Source of the DNA: Narcine bancroftii
Lineage: Eukaryota
DNA length: 64,000 bases
NCBI RefSeq assembly: GCF_036971445.1
Contig: NC_091472.1
Span: 91,822,001-91,886,000 of the forward strand
Reading direction: 5' to 3'
The position numbers and the translations under genes are program-made. Below are positions 27,140 to 39,613 of the stretch, piece by piece; position 1 is the first letter of the stretch; each line of letters starts with the position of its first letter. Under the pieces are notes generated by a model. It worked only from the letters and a program-made list of their open reading frames with translations. It did not search any database and had not been told where the DNA came from.

Positions 27140-29604
27140 TGAGGCTATATGGGTGGAACTGAGGAACGGGAAAGGTAAGACTACACTCATGGGGTTGTAT
27201 TATCGACCACCCAATAGTCAACGAAAATTGGAGGAGCAAACCTGTGGAGAGATAGCAGATAGCTGTAATAGTGGAGATATTAACTTTCCACATCTTGACC
27301 GGGACTCCCATACTATAAAAATGCTGGATGGCTTGGTGTTTGTCAAACATGTTCTAAATCAAAATATAGAGGTACCAACTAGAGAGAGTGCAATACTGGA
27401 TCTCCTATTAGGGAACAAGTCAGGACAGGTGGCAGAATTATGTGTAGGGGAACATTTTGGGTCCAGTGATCATAATGTCATTAGTTTCAAGTTAATTATG
27501 GAGGAGGATAGGTCTGAGCCTCAGAATGAGATTCTAAATTGGAGAAAGGCTAATTTTGAGGAAATAAGAAAGGATCTAGAATGTGGGGATTAGGATAAGT
27601 TGTTTTCAGGCAAGGATGTGCGAGGTAAGTGGAGGACCTTCAAAGGTGAAATTCTGAGAGTACAGAGCTTGTATGTTCCTGTCAGGATTAAAGGCAAAGT
27701 CAGCAGGCATAGGGAACCTTGGTTTGAAGGATATTGGGGATCTGGTTTGGAAGAAGAGAAAGGTGTCTAGCAGGTATTGGCATCATGGAACAAATAAGGT
27801 ATTTGAGGAGTACAAGAAATGCAAGAAAAACCTCAGGAAAGAAATCAGGAAGGTAAAAAGAAATCATGAGGTTGTTTTGGCAGACAATTTGAAGGAAAAT
27901 CCTAATAGTTTCTACAAGTATATTAAGAGCAAAAGGATAATAAGGGACAAAATTGGCCCCCTTGAAGATCAGAGTGGTTGGCTATGGAGCCAAAAGAGAT
28001 GGGAAGGTCTTAATTTTTTTTTCCATCAGTATTCAGTCAGGAAACTGGCACAGAGTTGAAGGATGTTTGGAAAACAAGCAGTGAGGTCATGGAACCTATA
28101 CAGATTAAAGAGGAGGAGGTACTTACTGACTTAAAGCAAACAAAGGTGGATAAATCCAGAAGGTCTGACAAGATATGTCCACGGACCTTAAGGAAGGCAA
28201 GTGTAGAAATTGCAGGGGCTCTGGCAGAAATATTTAAAATGTCCTTAGCAACTGGTGTGGTGTCAGAGGATTGGATGGTAGTTCATATTGTTCCGTTGTT
28301 TAAAAAAGGCTCCAAAAATAACCCTGGAAATTATAGGTCAGAGAGCCTGAAGTCAGCAGTAGGCAAATTACTGGAAGATGTTCTAAGAGATTGGATATAC
28401 AAGTATTTGGATAGCCAGGGACTGATTAGGATCGTCAATATGGTTTTGTGTTTGGTAGATCATCTTTAACCAATCTTGTGAAGATTTTCAAGAAGGTTTA
28501 TTACCAGGAAAATTAATGAAGGAAAGGTAGTAGGTGTTGTCTACATGGACTTTAGTAAGGCCAAGGTCCAACATGGAAGGGTAGCGGTAGTCAGGAAGGT
28601 TCAGATGTTCGGTATTTATGGTGAAGTAGTAAACTGGATCAGTGCTGGGACCATTGTTGTTTGTCATCTATATCAGTGATCTGGATGATAATGTGGTAAA
28701 TTGGATCAGCAAGTTTGCAGATGACACTAAGATTGGAGGTGTTGTGGACAGTGAATAAGGTTTTCAAACTTTTCAGAGGGATCTGGACCAGCTGGAAAAA
28801 CGGGCTGATATTGGCAGATAGAATTTAATGCAGACAGTGTGAGGGGTTTCATTTTGGAAGGACAAACCAAGAAAGGACACACACAGTAAATGGTAGGGCA
28901 CAGAGGAGTGCAGGAGAGCAGAGGGATCTAAGAATACAGATATACAATTCCCTGAAAGTGATGTCACAGGTGGATAGGGTTGTAAAGAGAGCTTTTGGCA
29001 TATTGGCCTTCTTAAATTAAAGTACTGAGTACAGGAGTTGGGATGTTATGGTAAAGTTGTACAGAACATTGGTAAAGCCAAATTTGGAGTGCTGTGTGCA
29101 GTTTTGGTCCCCTAACTACAGGAATGATATCAATAAGATTTACTTCAGGAACTGAGTTCTAGGGAAAGGTTAAAAAGGTTAGGACTTTATTCCCTGGAGC
29201 GTAGAGTAATGAGGGGAGATTTGATTGAGGCATTTAAAATTATAAGGGGGGAAATTGATGGAGTAAATGTAGGTAGGTTTTTTCCCCCCCACTGAGGGTA
29301 GATACAAACCAGAGGACAAGGGTTAAGGGTTAAAGGGGAAAATTTAGGGGGAAAACATGAAAGGGAACTTCTTCACATACAGAATTGTAGGAGTGTGGAA
29401 TGAGCTGCCAGCTGAAGTAGTGAATGTGGGCTCAATCTTAACATTTAAGAAGAATTTGGACAGATATACAGTATATGAATGGGAGAGGTATGAAGGGCTA
29501 TGGATTGGGTGCACAGATCAGTGGGACTAGGCAGAAAAATGGTTCGGCTCAGATTAGAAGGGCTGAAGGGATCTATTTTTATGCTGTAGTGTTCTATGGT
29601 TCTA
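27140..29604 (+). mobile_element. CR1 LINE, most of ORF2, decayed
   Basis: APE 'GLYYRPP..GDINFP..ILDLLL..SDHN' and RT 'PLFKKG..PGNYR..YMDFSK..KFADDTK'. CR1 tail 'gttctatggttcta'. Confidence 0.88.
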
Positions 29605-29664
29605 ACTAATTCATTTTCCAATTAAGTTAAATATCTTTTGATGACATATATCTGGGAGGTATAC

Positions 29665-29809
29665 CTAGAGACAGCCAAAGCTTTAACAGTCCCTTTGCCT
29701 GCAGGCAGTGTGAATGGTTTCCTGTACTTGAAGGTAGAACTGCTTGGTTTCTTCAAGGGTTGAGGTTTGCTGCCATTTATGGTGTAGTATACATCCACAT
29801 CATGAGTGT
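29665..29809 (-). CDS. DZANK1: DZANK1 coding exon 2 (DTHDVDVYYTINGSKPQP..TFKYRKPFTLPAGKGTVKALAVSR; Fn3-associated-like domain)
   Basis: 145 nt, acceptor ttttacag, donor AG|gtatac, phase 1 to 2. Conserved 'YYT.xGSKP' and 'TFKY..P.TLP.GK..VKA.AV'. Confidence 0.93.
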
Positions 29810-30489
29810 CTGTAAAATATAGTAAGCACAATAACATGGGAGAGAAGTTTGTTAAAAGAATAAATAACACAATACACAAAAGTCCTGGAGAAACTCGGCT
29901 GATCATGTAGCATCTATAGAAAGTAAAAGGTAACTAATGTTTCATGCCTGAACCCTTCATCAGGAATTATATCTCTGTTTAACTACAAAAGATTTCAGGC
30001 CTCATTTAAGTAGAAAGCTGAATTGTTTTCCTGGAATAAAGAAGATTGTAATGAAAGTAAGTCAGAAATCTAATAGAGTGAATCAAGAACAAGAAAGTTT
30101 ATGAATACATTAAAGGGAAGCTTCTTTTCAATTTGTTGCTCCTCTCCAACTCTTGACCTGCAAGGTTAAAGATGCAATCAAAAACCAAACTGTTCCCCGA
30201 TCTCACGGATTCTGTTCTGTTTAGGAGGTTGGGTTCCTGTAAGATATTGGCAGGTAATATTTCAAATATAAATACTTGCACATATATAAAAGTTCTGCAA
30301 GCAATAAAATGTTGCAGTATTGTAAATTGTATTTCTTATGACAATACAGAAGCCTATTCAGCCTACCAAATCCATGCTGGTTTCTGGGGAGCTATCCCAT
30401 TAGGTCCCATATTTCTTTTCCTATTTTCCCTTATGCCTGTAACTCATTCTCTCACACAAACTCATCAAGTCCCTTTAATTCATTTTGCT

Positions 30490-30690
30490 GTAATTCCACA
30501 CTGTGTCTAATTTACAGTAGCCAGTTAATTTAGCAGATAAATTTGGTATATGGGAGGAAATTAGCGCCACCTGAGGAAATCATGATGTCATGGGGAGAAT
30601 GTTCAATTTCTGTACACAGCACCTGGACATAGATTTAGGAGCTATGAGTCAACATTGCTAACTGGTGTTACCATGCAGAAATGGAATGGA
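30490..30690 (-). repeat. V-SINE (HE1-like) remnant
   Basis: 'gggaggaaa....gcacctgaggaaa..ggggagaatgt.caa' is the reverse of the V-SINE central domain. A similar copy lies at 57440-57660. Confidence 0.5.
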
Positions 30691-30704
30691 GCATAGAATT
30701 CACA

Positions 30705-30950
30705 TGTACAGAATTAGAATCAAAATCAGAATTTATTGTCATGAACAAATCTCAAAATTTATTGTTTTGTGGCAACATCACAATTAAACATTTATATAAA
30801 CCACCTTTCAAAAATAAATACAAATAACACATGAAAAGTCAAAGTAAAGCAGTGTCTTTTGTTCATTGATCATTCAGGATTCTGATGGCAGCAGGGAAGA
30901 AATTGTCCTTGGGCCACTGAGTGCTTATCTTCAGGCTCCTGTACCTGGAC
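30705..30950 (-). mobile_element. Rex/Babar 3' end fragment
   Basis: Reverse complement of the tail at 1050-1280 (agaatcagaatttattgtcatgaacaa). Confidence 0.7.
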
Positions 30951-32219
30951 GAGGTAAAATTCTGAACTATTGGATGCCACTCTTATTTACACATTTTAAA
31001 ATAGTTTATTAGCCCTTTTTAAAATGTTAAACAGTAGTATAGTAAGTTTTCTAGTGAACCCGGTGAATTTGTAGGGAATGGGAAATAAGCAAGCCCTCCA
31101 GACCCTGATTCTACCTGCAAAACTACCCACTATTTTGATAAAGGGCTCTAGCCTGAAACGTCGGTAATGTATTTTATCTTTGCTCTATAAAAGGCCTGCT
31201 GAGTTTCTCCAGGATTGTGTTTTTTTATTTCCACTTACACGACTACTGGTGTCCAAGACCCTAGCAATAGCTTCGACAGTCCATTTGGCCCACGTTCCAG
31301 ACCTTAACTCTGATTGCAGTCAGTTTCCCTAACTGTGACCACATATCTGTTTGCACTTGGGACTTTGGGCTCATGTTCCAGACTAATGCCAGACCAACAG
31401 GGTTTCTGAACAAGATGCTAGATTATTAGAGGTTATCAAAGTAAAATCCCACCAACTATGAAATAATTGGAATATCAATATTTTTTTAAATATCATCAAT
31501 AAATATGCCAGAGAGAACACCTCCTCTCTATCTTAAATTTGTACATAGGTTTTATTATGTAGTGAGAGGGCAGATAGGGTTTCAGTTATGTATCGGAGTT
31601 GAAAGGCTGTATTTCTGACACACCAATGTACTGACAGCGAATATTCAGTGCTTAGAGCCTAGTGTAGTACTACTACTGAGCCATAGATGATATCTTCTTT
31701 TAACCATATAACCATTTACGGAGCAGAAACAGGCCATGTTGGCAACCATACCTATGTTTATATTCTTTGTGCACTTACTAAACATCAACGATGGATCAAG
31801 CATAAGGGAGCAAGATTTAAATCACAATGCCATGCCAACTTGCTAGGACAATGCAATTGTCACCTACTATTGCCACCAACTGCAGTAGGTATTCAGAAAT
31901 GGAAATGAGACAAAACAATTTCCATCTACACAGTGCTTTCATCTACTAAAATGTTCAAAGGGACTTTGTGGAAACATGATCAAAGTTAGCACTGAGCCAA
32001 AGAAGAGGACTCAAGGAACAGTGACTGAAAAAAAGCAGGCCAAATGGGCAGGATTTCAGGTTTTTAATGAAAAGAAAGAAGACTGGAAAAGGGGGAAGGT
32101 TCAGGCAAAATGTTCAGCATTTATGATTGCCAAAATAGCAATGCAGAAGAGACCAACATTAGAAGAACACAGAGATCTCAGAGGTTGTGGGATTGGAAAA
32201 GGATTTGGAGATCGACTCA

Positions 32220-32438
<219 letters not shown>

Positions 32439-32669
32439 TCAAGGAGAGACACTATCTACAGAGATAGCTGGGTAAAAGTCACAGGCACCACCACTATTAT
32501 TTCCAGCGGTTTTCACAGCTTGGGGAGAGAACAAATACAGAAAAAAACTGCGGATCACAGAGATAACTAACTTCAAAATCCAAATACTTCAAGAAATTAG
32601 CAATTAACACAAAAATAATAAACAATTGCATTAAAATATAACTAGTATCGGTACTTATGAATAAAAAAA

Positions 32670-33485
32670 GTACTGCCGGAGTTGCTGGTGCGGACCGGGA
32701 GAGCGGAGAGCACAGAGACAACACTGCTCTGAAGGGTTCAATCACCCGGTCCTCATGTTGTCAGCTCCGCACAAGCTTTAAATACTCTCCGAACGGACCT
32801 GATACAGTTTTGTAAGTAAAATCCTCCAACTGTGAGGTCTGTGCCCAAAATAGGAGTGCCTGTGTTCGGCGGCAGCCACAAGGGGTTGCAGACTCCAGAA
32901 AAGTAGCAACCTGGGACAGGGCACCAGAAAGCGGGAAAGCACCACGTACCCTCTCCTCCGTTGAGAAGAAGCATGGAAGATGACTCTACAAGCCCAGGGG
33001 TGAACACGGCAGCAGAGCAGCGAAGGGCTCAGCAGCTGCATACAGGGAATGTGACCACAGCCATAGACCACCGAGGGGCTCAGAGGCAGAGGGACTCACA
33101 CAGGGTACAGGCGACTTATAGTCGGGGAAACTGCACAGGCAGCGGACTGCTAGACACTGGCTCATGGGAACCACGTATCAGAATCAGAATTCGAGAGGGT
33201 GCTGAGGGCAAGAAGGGCTCCCAAAGGGCCTCGGAGACTGAAGGCTTCCTGAACATGTCGGAGATTTGAAACTAGAGCTTGGATGCAGATGAATCGATGG
33301 AAGGCTGCAAGAGCGGTGGAGGCGAACCCACCAAGTGTCTCTGAAGGGACACTCTTTTGGTTCTCTTTCTCCTATTGTAAGGGGTGTCAGGCAATGAAAA
33401 TAGCAACTCCTAGTTTGCCTTACGACAAACAAAAGTTGAAGTATATCATGCATATTAAATGATAATAAAAGGAACCTTGAACCTT
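32670..33485 (+). repeat. Unclassified interspersed repeat (probably non-autonomous, LINE-tailed); related copy at ~60800-61240 on the minus strand
   Basis: Shared block 'gcaagaagggctcccaaagggcctcggagactgaaggcttcctga' between the copies; AATAAAA plus (GAACCTT)n tail. Confidence 0.55.
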
Positions 33486-33899
33486 AATCATTAACCAATA
33501 ATTAAACATAACCTACATTTACAGATATTACTTAAATTAAGACTAATAATTATTCATTATTAATTCCAGCGATTATTAATATCAATGAATGTTAATACTA
33601 CGATAACAATGATTTTAAAAATCAATAATTATAGTTAACTCCAACGATAACTAGTAAATCCTCGGCACAATATTCTTTATAATTCACTGGTCCGTATAAG
33701 TGTTGATCAATAACCACAATTACTCTAATTATCACAATGCTTGTTAATAGCTGGAATTCTTGCCAATAACGTGAAAGACACTCATAAGCTTTATAATTAT
33801 TAATTCCGGCTAGAAGATCGGTAAACAACCCCGGGGGAGCCCAAAAGCACATATTAATTCAAATTATCCTCTGCACGCTGAATTCTACTAACTTCTTGA

Positions 33900-34250
33900 T
33901 ACTCTCGAGTGAGAAGACGCCACACCAGCCCCAGTTGCCCCCAGCGCCGCACCCACGGCCGTCACCTCCAACCAATTTGCAGCTCCCCAGACCCTCTGCT
34001 TTGCTGCCAACAGCAACCACGCAACGCGTCTCTCACTCCTCTGATTGGCTGGCTATCGGTAACTACCCAATCCAATCCAAAGGATCGTTACAGACACAAC
34101 AACGGCGGCATGGAAACCACGCTTGCGCACTTCGAGTTTGAGCTGGGCTAAAGCCTGTTTGCTGATTGACAGAGGAAGAAAAGTCAGGGATCGAATGTGT
34201 GGGTGGGTGAATGAGAGAGAAATAGACACGGAGGATCGAAGTCAGAGCTC
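33900..34250 (-). promoter_or_regulatory. DZANK1: Putative DZANK1 promoter and non-coding first exon (donor near 33965)
   Basis: Local CpG enrichment, CCAAT/ATTGG boxes (34044, 34067, 34072), X-box-like motifs (34051-34063, 34104-34117) and GAG|gtgacg donor on the minus strand, 1.5 kb upstream of the first coding exon. Confidence 0.6.
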
Positions 34251-34958
34251 TAGTCTATCTATATTTTCTAGAAACTTTGTTCTTCAGTAATTTAAACATG
34301 CATCTATTCTTCAAGCCAGTTTCGTGAGCAGATAACTAACAACATTCCTGTTGAGCATCCTTGAGCAATCTCTCCAGAAAAGGTTAATGGTACATTCATT
34401 TCGTGCATCTTCGACAGTTTGTTTTCATTGATCCAGAAACATAATTTGCTTCCTAACATTCAATCTGCTTCATAGTTAATAAATTACTTTGTCAGAAATG
34501 GTCTGAGCTGAAACAATTTGCTTTCCACGGATGTTGCCTTATATGAATATTTCCAGCATTTTCCATTTTTATTTCAGATTTCCAGCATCTTCAACAAAAC
34601 CAAAATAAAAACAAATTGCTGCAGTCATCTAACAGGTTTGACAGCATCTGTGCAGAGAAATGGAGAGTTAACATTTCAATTTGAGAATTTCCATCATGTG
34701 TAGATGGTGAAAAGACATGGGGTGTCAACAGGTGAGTCACTGCCTTCAGACAGCTCGCTTCTGACCTGCTGAAGTAGTCAGTGTTCATATGACTAATTCC
34801 ATAGAATTTCTGATTAATGATGGCCTTCCAAGATAATGATTAAAAAGTACACATCAATGATCATTTTACTGAATGTTAAAGAGCAGATGGCAAGACTTTT
34901 GGAGCTGGTCATTGTCTTGAGCCACTATGACTACTTTACACTTATAACATCCCAAAAC

Positions 34959-36593
34959 TGTTATAAGTGAAGGTTCATGTGGGTCCCACAGGTTAAGAAC
35001 CAGACCAAGATCAAGGTGCAAAGCACGTTTATTCTCAAGAAATGCAGAGGAAACAACAGAATCTAAACACTAAATTAACTTAAACACACAGTTCACAAGG
35101 GGATAGATATACACTGCAGGTAATGAGGGAAAACAGACAGAACTTAGGAAATGAAACAAATACACATACAATGAACAATCAGATCAAGGTAACACTCTGT
35201 GCCCCCACCGCTTGACTTGTATGGACACAGCTGTAACTGGCCTTGGGACTCAACCCAACCCAATACAAAAGGTGATACTCATGGGCCACGAGGAATCAAG
35301 AGAGAGTGCAAAGGAAAGCATGGTCCTTTATAATCCTGCAGCAGTTATTGGGAGGCCAATCACTCGGGGGAAGGCTGGGCACTGTTGGCTGCTGTGAACA
35401 ATGGCTTGAAGCCAAGTGTAATCCAAGCCAAGTCAGCAGGGGTCAGCCCAGGTGCTTCACCTGGACCAATTAGGTGAAGGTCAAGGGCTAAGTCCAGACA
35501 GGCTGCCTAGAGTCAAGTACCTGGTAATTTGAACAGGCTTGAGGTGAGTCTGGGCAAGCCCAAAGGACCCCAAATCCCAGTAGCAATAGAAATTCACCAA
35601 GACAAATGGTTACTTAAACAAAAGTTGCTTTTAATTTTCTTTAAACATAAAAACAGGATCAAACTTTAACATTACTATTAACTTAACTTAACCCCCTCTT
35701 AATTCTAAGTACATGTGTATCTAATGTGTACATGTTCAGAAACGTTCTTTGCTTTAATAGTCTAATCATTCATTTCTCACTTCTCCAAGTTCACCTGTAT
35801 CAGGTAATTCTTATACTGTGCACAGAAGTTAACATTTATGAATTTTCACCAGGCTCTGGTGCTTAAAGTTAAATAGTTATTGCTCAGGAAGATTCTTGTT
35901 GGTTTCAGAGATATTTGTTGCTCATTGGAGACACACAAACCGATTTCCTCTGATCAGTCACTAGTGTCTTGCCAATGAAACTTGCCCCTTCATGGGTTTT
36001 CCAAATGATAACCTCTTCTTCTAGGTCACCACAGAGTTACTCTTGTTTCCCTTATTTCAGGAGAAACTCTCTAGCCAGCCATTTCCTCTTGTAAGGACCA
36101 CAAGAGTTTTCAACAGGCTGAACCCATCTTCAAAATGGGGGTTTCAACAAGCTTGCCATGTTGCACTCTCTCTCTCTCTCTCACACAGAGAAGAATCCGG
36201 TTTCCTTTTCTCTCTCGGATTGTAAAAACCAGAACCCCTCCCAAGGCTCCAAATCCAATCCTTGAAAGATCTTTATCATCACTTGAGCAACTTAGTTCCA
36301 TTTCTACCTACTTCTGAAGTTCCTTCCAAAGCAGTTCCATGGTCTCTTGAAAACCCACTGGTGCCTACATGTCTAGCTTCAGCAAAGCTCTTGCATTTTA
36401 AATGAGATGTGAAGTGTAAGTATCTGTTTGTGAAGTGACCTACACACTAAATCACACACAATATCTTTTAAAAACATATAGATATATAAAAGAAAATATA
36501 ACCCATAACATTGGCCTTGATTGGCATGCGATGTCTCCTCCAACTAGGAGCCCAACAGTGCCCCCATGTGGCGGCCATGATTTCTTCATTACA
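34959..36593 (-). repeat. 3' LTR of the class III ERV (interrupted at ~35553-36510)
   Basis: Minus strand begins TGTAATG after PPT 'aaaggggtgtt' and ends ..TATAACA. CCAAT, TATAAA (~35327) and AATAAA (~35028) occur in LTR order. Confidence 0.65.
35553..36510 (-). repeat. Probable unrelated solo LTR inserted in the ERV 3' LTR
   Basis: Abrupt compositional change. The minus strand begins TGTTATGGG (36510) with ATTAAA near the other end. Left boundary approximate. Confidence 0.45.
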
Positions 36594-36649
36594 AACACCC
36601 CTTTGGAAGACACAGTGTCCACCCATCATAACATACAATAAATAAAACT

Positions 36650-37345
36650 AACAGGGCAATGTCGTGGCTCATATAATTTGGAAGGCACAGCACAAAATTA
36701 TTATAGTGACGATAACCAAGATGAAGGCAATCCCCCAGTGTATGACAGTTGCCCAGACACCCCTTTTTGAGCCAAATGGCCAGCAGTTTCCCCATGAGGT
36801 GGTGATGCTGGAGGAACTGGTCCTTTGATTTTTTAAATTTTGGCCACTGAGTCCCAAATGTGGTCAGCCAGATGGGTGATGTTGGTGGATTCGTCAGGGA
36901 TGTAGGTGCAGCACTCCTTACCAATGACGGCACAGGTACCACCATTTCCCGTCAGCAGGTAGTCCAGGGCCACCATACGAACCACCATCAGCTCTGCCGC
37001 CATCTGGGTCAAAGTATCTTGCATGTGGTGTAGTGCCACTGTTGTCTTATTGGCTGGTAACTCAAGAAGGCTGCTAATTTGGGTCCCTTCGGTAGAGAGC
37101 AGGGTGGTACCATACCAGAGGAAAGTCCAGAACCTTTCTGCCGGTGTGATGGCCCTCTTATTGTGGTCTTCACCAAATGCTGGGTGCTCCCCCAGGTCAT
37201 CGAGGAGTGGATGTAGGGCACCCTGAATGCAGGGAAGCAGCAGCCACACCAGCAGGCAGGGAACCGAGACTAGGTACAGTGGCCGCAGATCTAGTGGGTG
37301 CTGTTGTTGATCATCAGAGCGAGCAGTAGGGATAGGTGTAGGACA
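36650..37345 (-). pseudogene. env: env remnant (SU C-terminus plus gamma-type TM) of the class III ERV
   Basis: 'NSTH*ICGH..FPACWCGCCFPA', basic cleavage site 'HNKR|AI', ISD 'RMVALDYLL', CX6CC 'CAVIGKECC' and a hydrophobic anchor 'WGIAFILVIVTIIILCC', with frameshifts. Confidence 0.85.
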
Positions 37346-39096
37346 TGCATGATCCTGTGGGATGGAGAAGAAGGGGGGGGGGGGCGGTGGAGAGGAAAAA
37401 CTCATTAAGCACTTTTAAGCTGCAGCACCTGGGTAGCCCTCCTTGGACCCAGGTGTGAGATGAGTGGGGCAAAGGTGCTGTAAGCACCTTTTAAGCTGCA
37501 GGGGGATTGACCCATTAAATTGCCACGCACTTACTGAAAGTGACAAATTGAAGTCCAAATGGCGAACGGGAACGATCTTCAGATGCTGGCTAAGCAACTC
37601 TGCTGCACTGCAGTACAGCAGGCAACTGTTGTGACCACCACTGTCAGGCGAATGCGAAGTCAGAGGAGCAACAGGATGTAAGCACTGCGCATTTCAGTAG
37701 ATGGCTGCATGAGAATGCAGAAGATAGGCTGTCTGCAATAGGCAGACGGAGACACAGGCTGCTGCGTTTTATAAACTTCCTTCGCCTCCTGTTGCAAATC
37801 AGTGAGGAGAAAATTAGATAGAGTACAGGGGTCAGTACTGTGGGGGAAGATAAGAGTCCAAATTTGACAATTTTGAGTGGCAAACTCATTTCCGAATGTA
37901 AAAGACCACCTTCAACATCCTATGTGACCTCCTTAAGCCAGATTTGAGGTGTCAGGTTACAAACTTCGGAAGACCTCTGGAACCTCGTATCCGACTTGCC
38001 ATTGCCCTGTGGTGGCCCAACGTGAATATTGCACCATCAGTGTTTTTAGTGTTGGTTTATCCAGTGTGGATGGTCGTGACAGAGATGATTTGTGCCCTGA
38101 GATGGACCTTTATGAAGCGTTACATTCAGCTACTGAATGGTACATGCCTGCAGGAGACTATAAATGGGTTTGCCAAGAAAGAATATCCAATGTGCAGTGG
38201 GGCTATCGACGGCACACATATTCCCATCATGGCCCCAAAAGATTATGAATCATTGTACTACAATCGTAAGGGGTGGCGCTCTATAATTCTTCAAGCTGTC
38301 GTGGACCACAAAGGAGAGTAAGGGAGTTATGCATTCTCTAATATTGTCTGCCTGTGGAAGCAGGTACCCATAGGTTATAATTCATTGCATTGCGATGTTT
38401 TCTTGAAGGTTCACATACATGCTTGTGAGGTGGCCTGGCCGCACTCACGATGCTCGGATGTTAGCCAACTCACCCCTTTACAGGAAGGCAGAGGATGCAT
38501 GTGGATATCTGTTCCCCTGAGAGGTACGTAACTGCACCACAAAGGGCAGATTGTGTGCGGGGCTGAAAAAAATGCATTGGTCGACCAAGACACACGTGCA
38601 CAGATAGCAGACTGGATGTTAAATGTATGCATGCATTAAATAATGTGTGAGCTAAAGGTGATACTCACACATCTATTTTGGACTGATTACAGATATCCAT
38701 TCAATTTGACAATGTGGAGATTCCACCACATCTGGTCGGGGACCCTGCTTACCCCCTCAGGAATTAACCTATGAAGGGATTCACACAGCATCATGCTCTC
38801 AACCCACAGAAACGGAGGTATAACCTTTGTCTGAATTCAGCACGGATAGTGGTTGAGAATGCCTTTGATTGGCTCAAGGGGTGATGGCAGCATTTGAGCA
38901 AGTGGTTGGACATCAGTACATCATTCATGTCGTCGGACACTTTCATTGCCTGCTGTGAACTGCATAACTTTTGTGAGATTAACAAGGATAACTATCTGCC
39001 TAAGTGGAACAGCAGTCCGGAGTAGGAGCTCCCTCAGCCAAAGAGAAATCCTTTGCGTGGTTCGACAGCGCGTGTCGCCCATGCCATCCGTGATAC

Positions 39097-39592
39097 TGTA
39101 GGAGTTTAGAAACAGTTATTATTTTAATGGTAGGAGTTCTGAAACAGTTATAGAAGGTAGAAAGAAAAAAAGCAAGGAAAAAGCTAAAATGTTCTTTGTG
39201 TAAAATGGCACATGAAAAAGCAGAACAAAGTAAACAAGATAACAGAGGAATTTAAGCAGCCATAGAAATATGCACGTGCACACAAAAAGCTTGTTTAATA
39301 GGGGGTGGGGAAAGGAGGTGTGAGCACGGGATAAGAGAAAGTTGGAGTCAGTCAAGAGTCAGACGAATAGGGAAAAGTGCCAAACCAATCCAAGAAGGAC
39401 AAACATAAGACAAATGTAAGGGGAGGTGAAATGAAAATTGTATAAAAACAAAGAGGCTTCCCGCCCTTGGGGTACTTTCCCGAGGTAAGGGGAAGAGTAC
39501 CCAACCTTGCAATGTTGTAAATATACATAAATGTTCTTTGTTCTCAACTTTTGTTTCGAGCATATTTTGTGAACGCGAAGGCACTTCTCACA
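39097..39592 (+). repeat. 5' LTR of class I ERV
   Basis: TGTAGG...CTCACA; CCAAT at ~39385, TATAAAA at 39441. About 10 substitutions and 2 single-base indels relative to the 3' LTR by eye. Confidence 0.95.
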
Positions 39593-39595
39593 ACT

Positions 39596-39613
39596 TGGGG
39601 ACTCGTCCAGGAT
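39596..39613 (+). promoter_or_regulatory. Primer binding site, tRNA-Pro
   Basis: TGGGGACTCGTCCAGGAT versus the canonical Pro PBS TGGGGGCTCGTCCGGGAT (2 G>A changes), 3 nt after the LTR. Confidence 0.9.
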
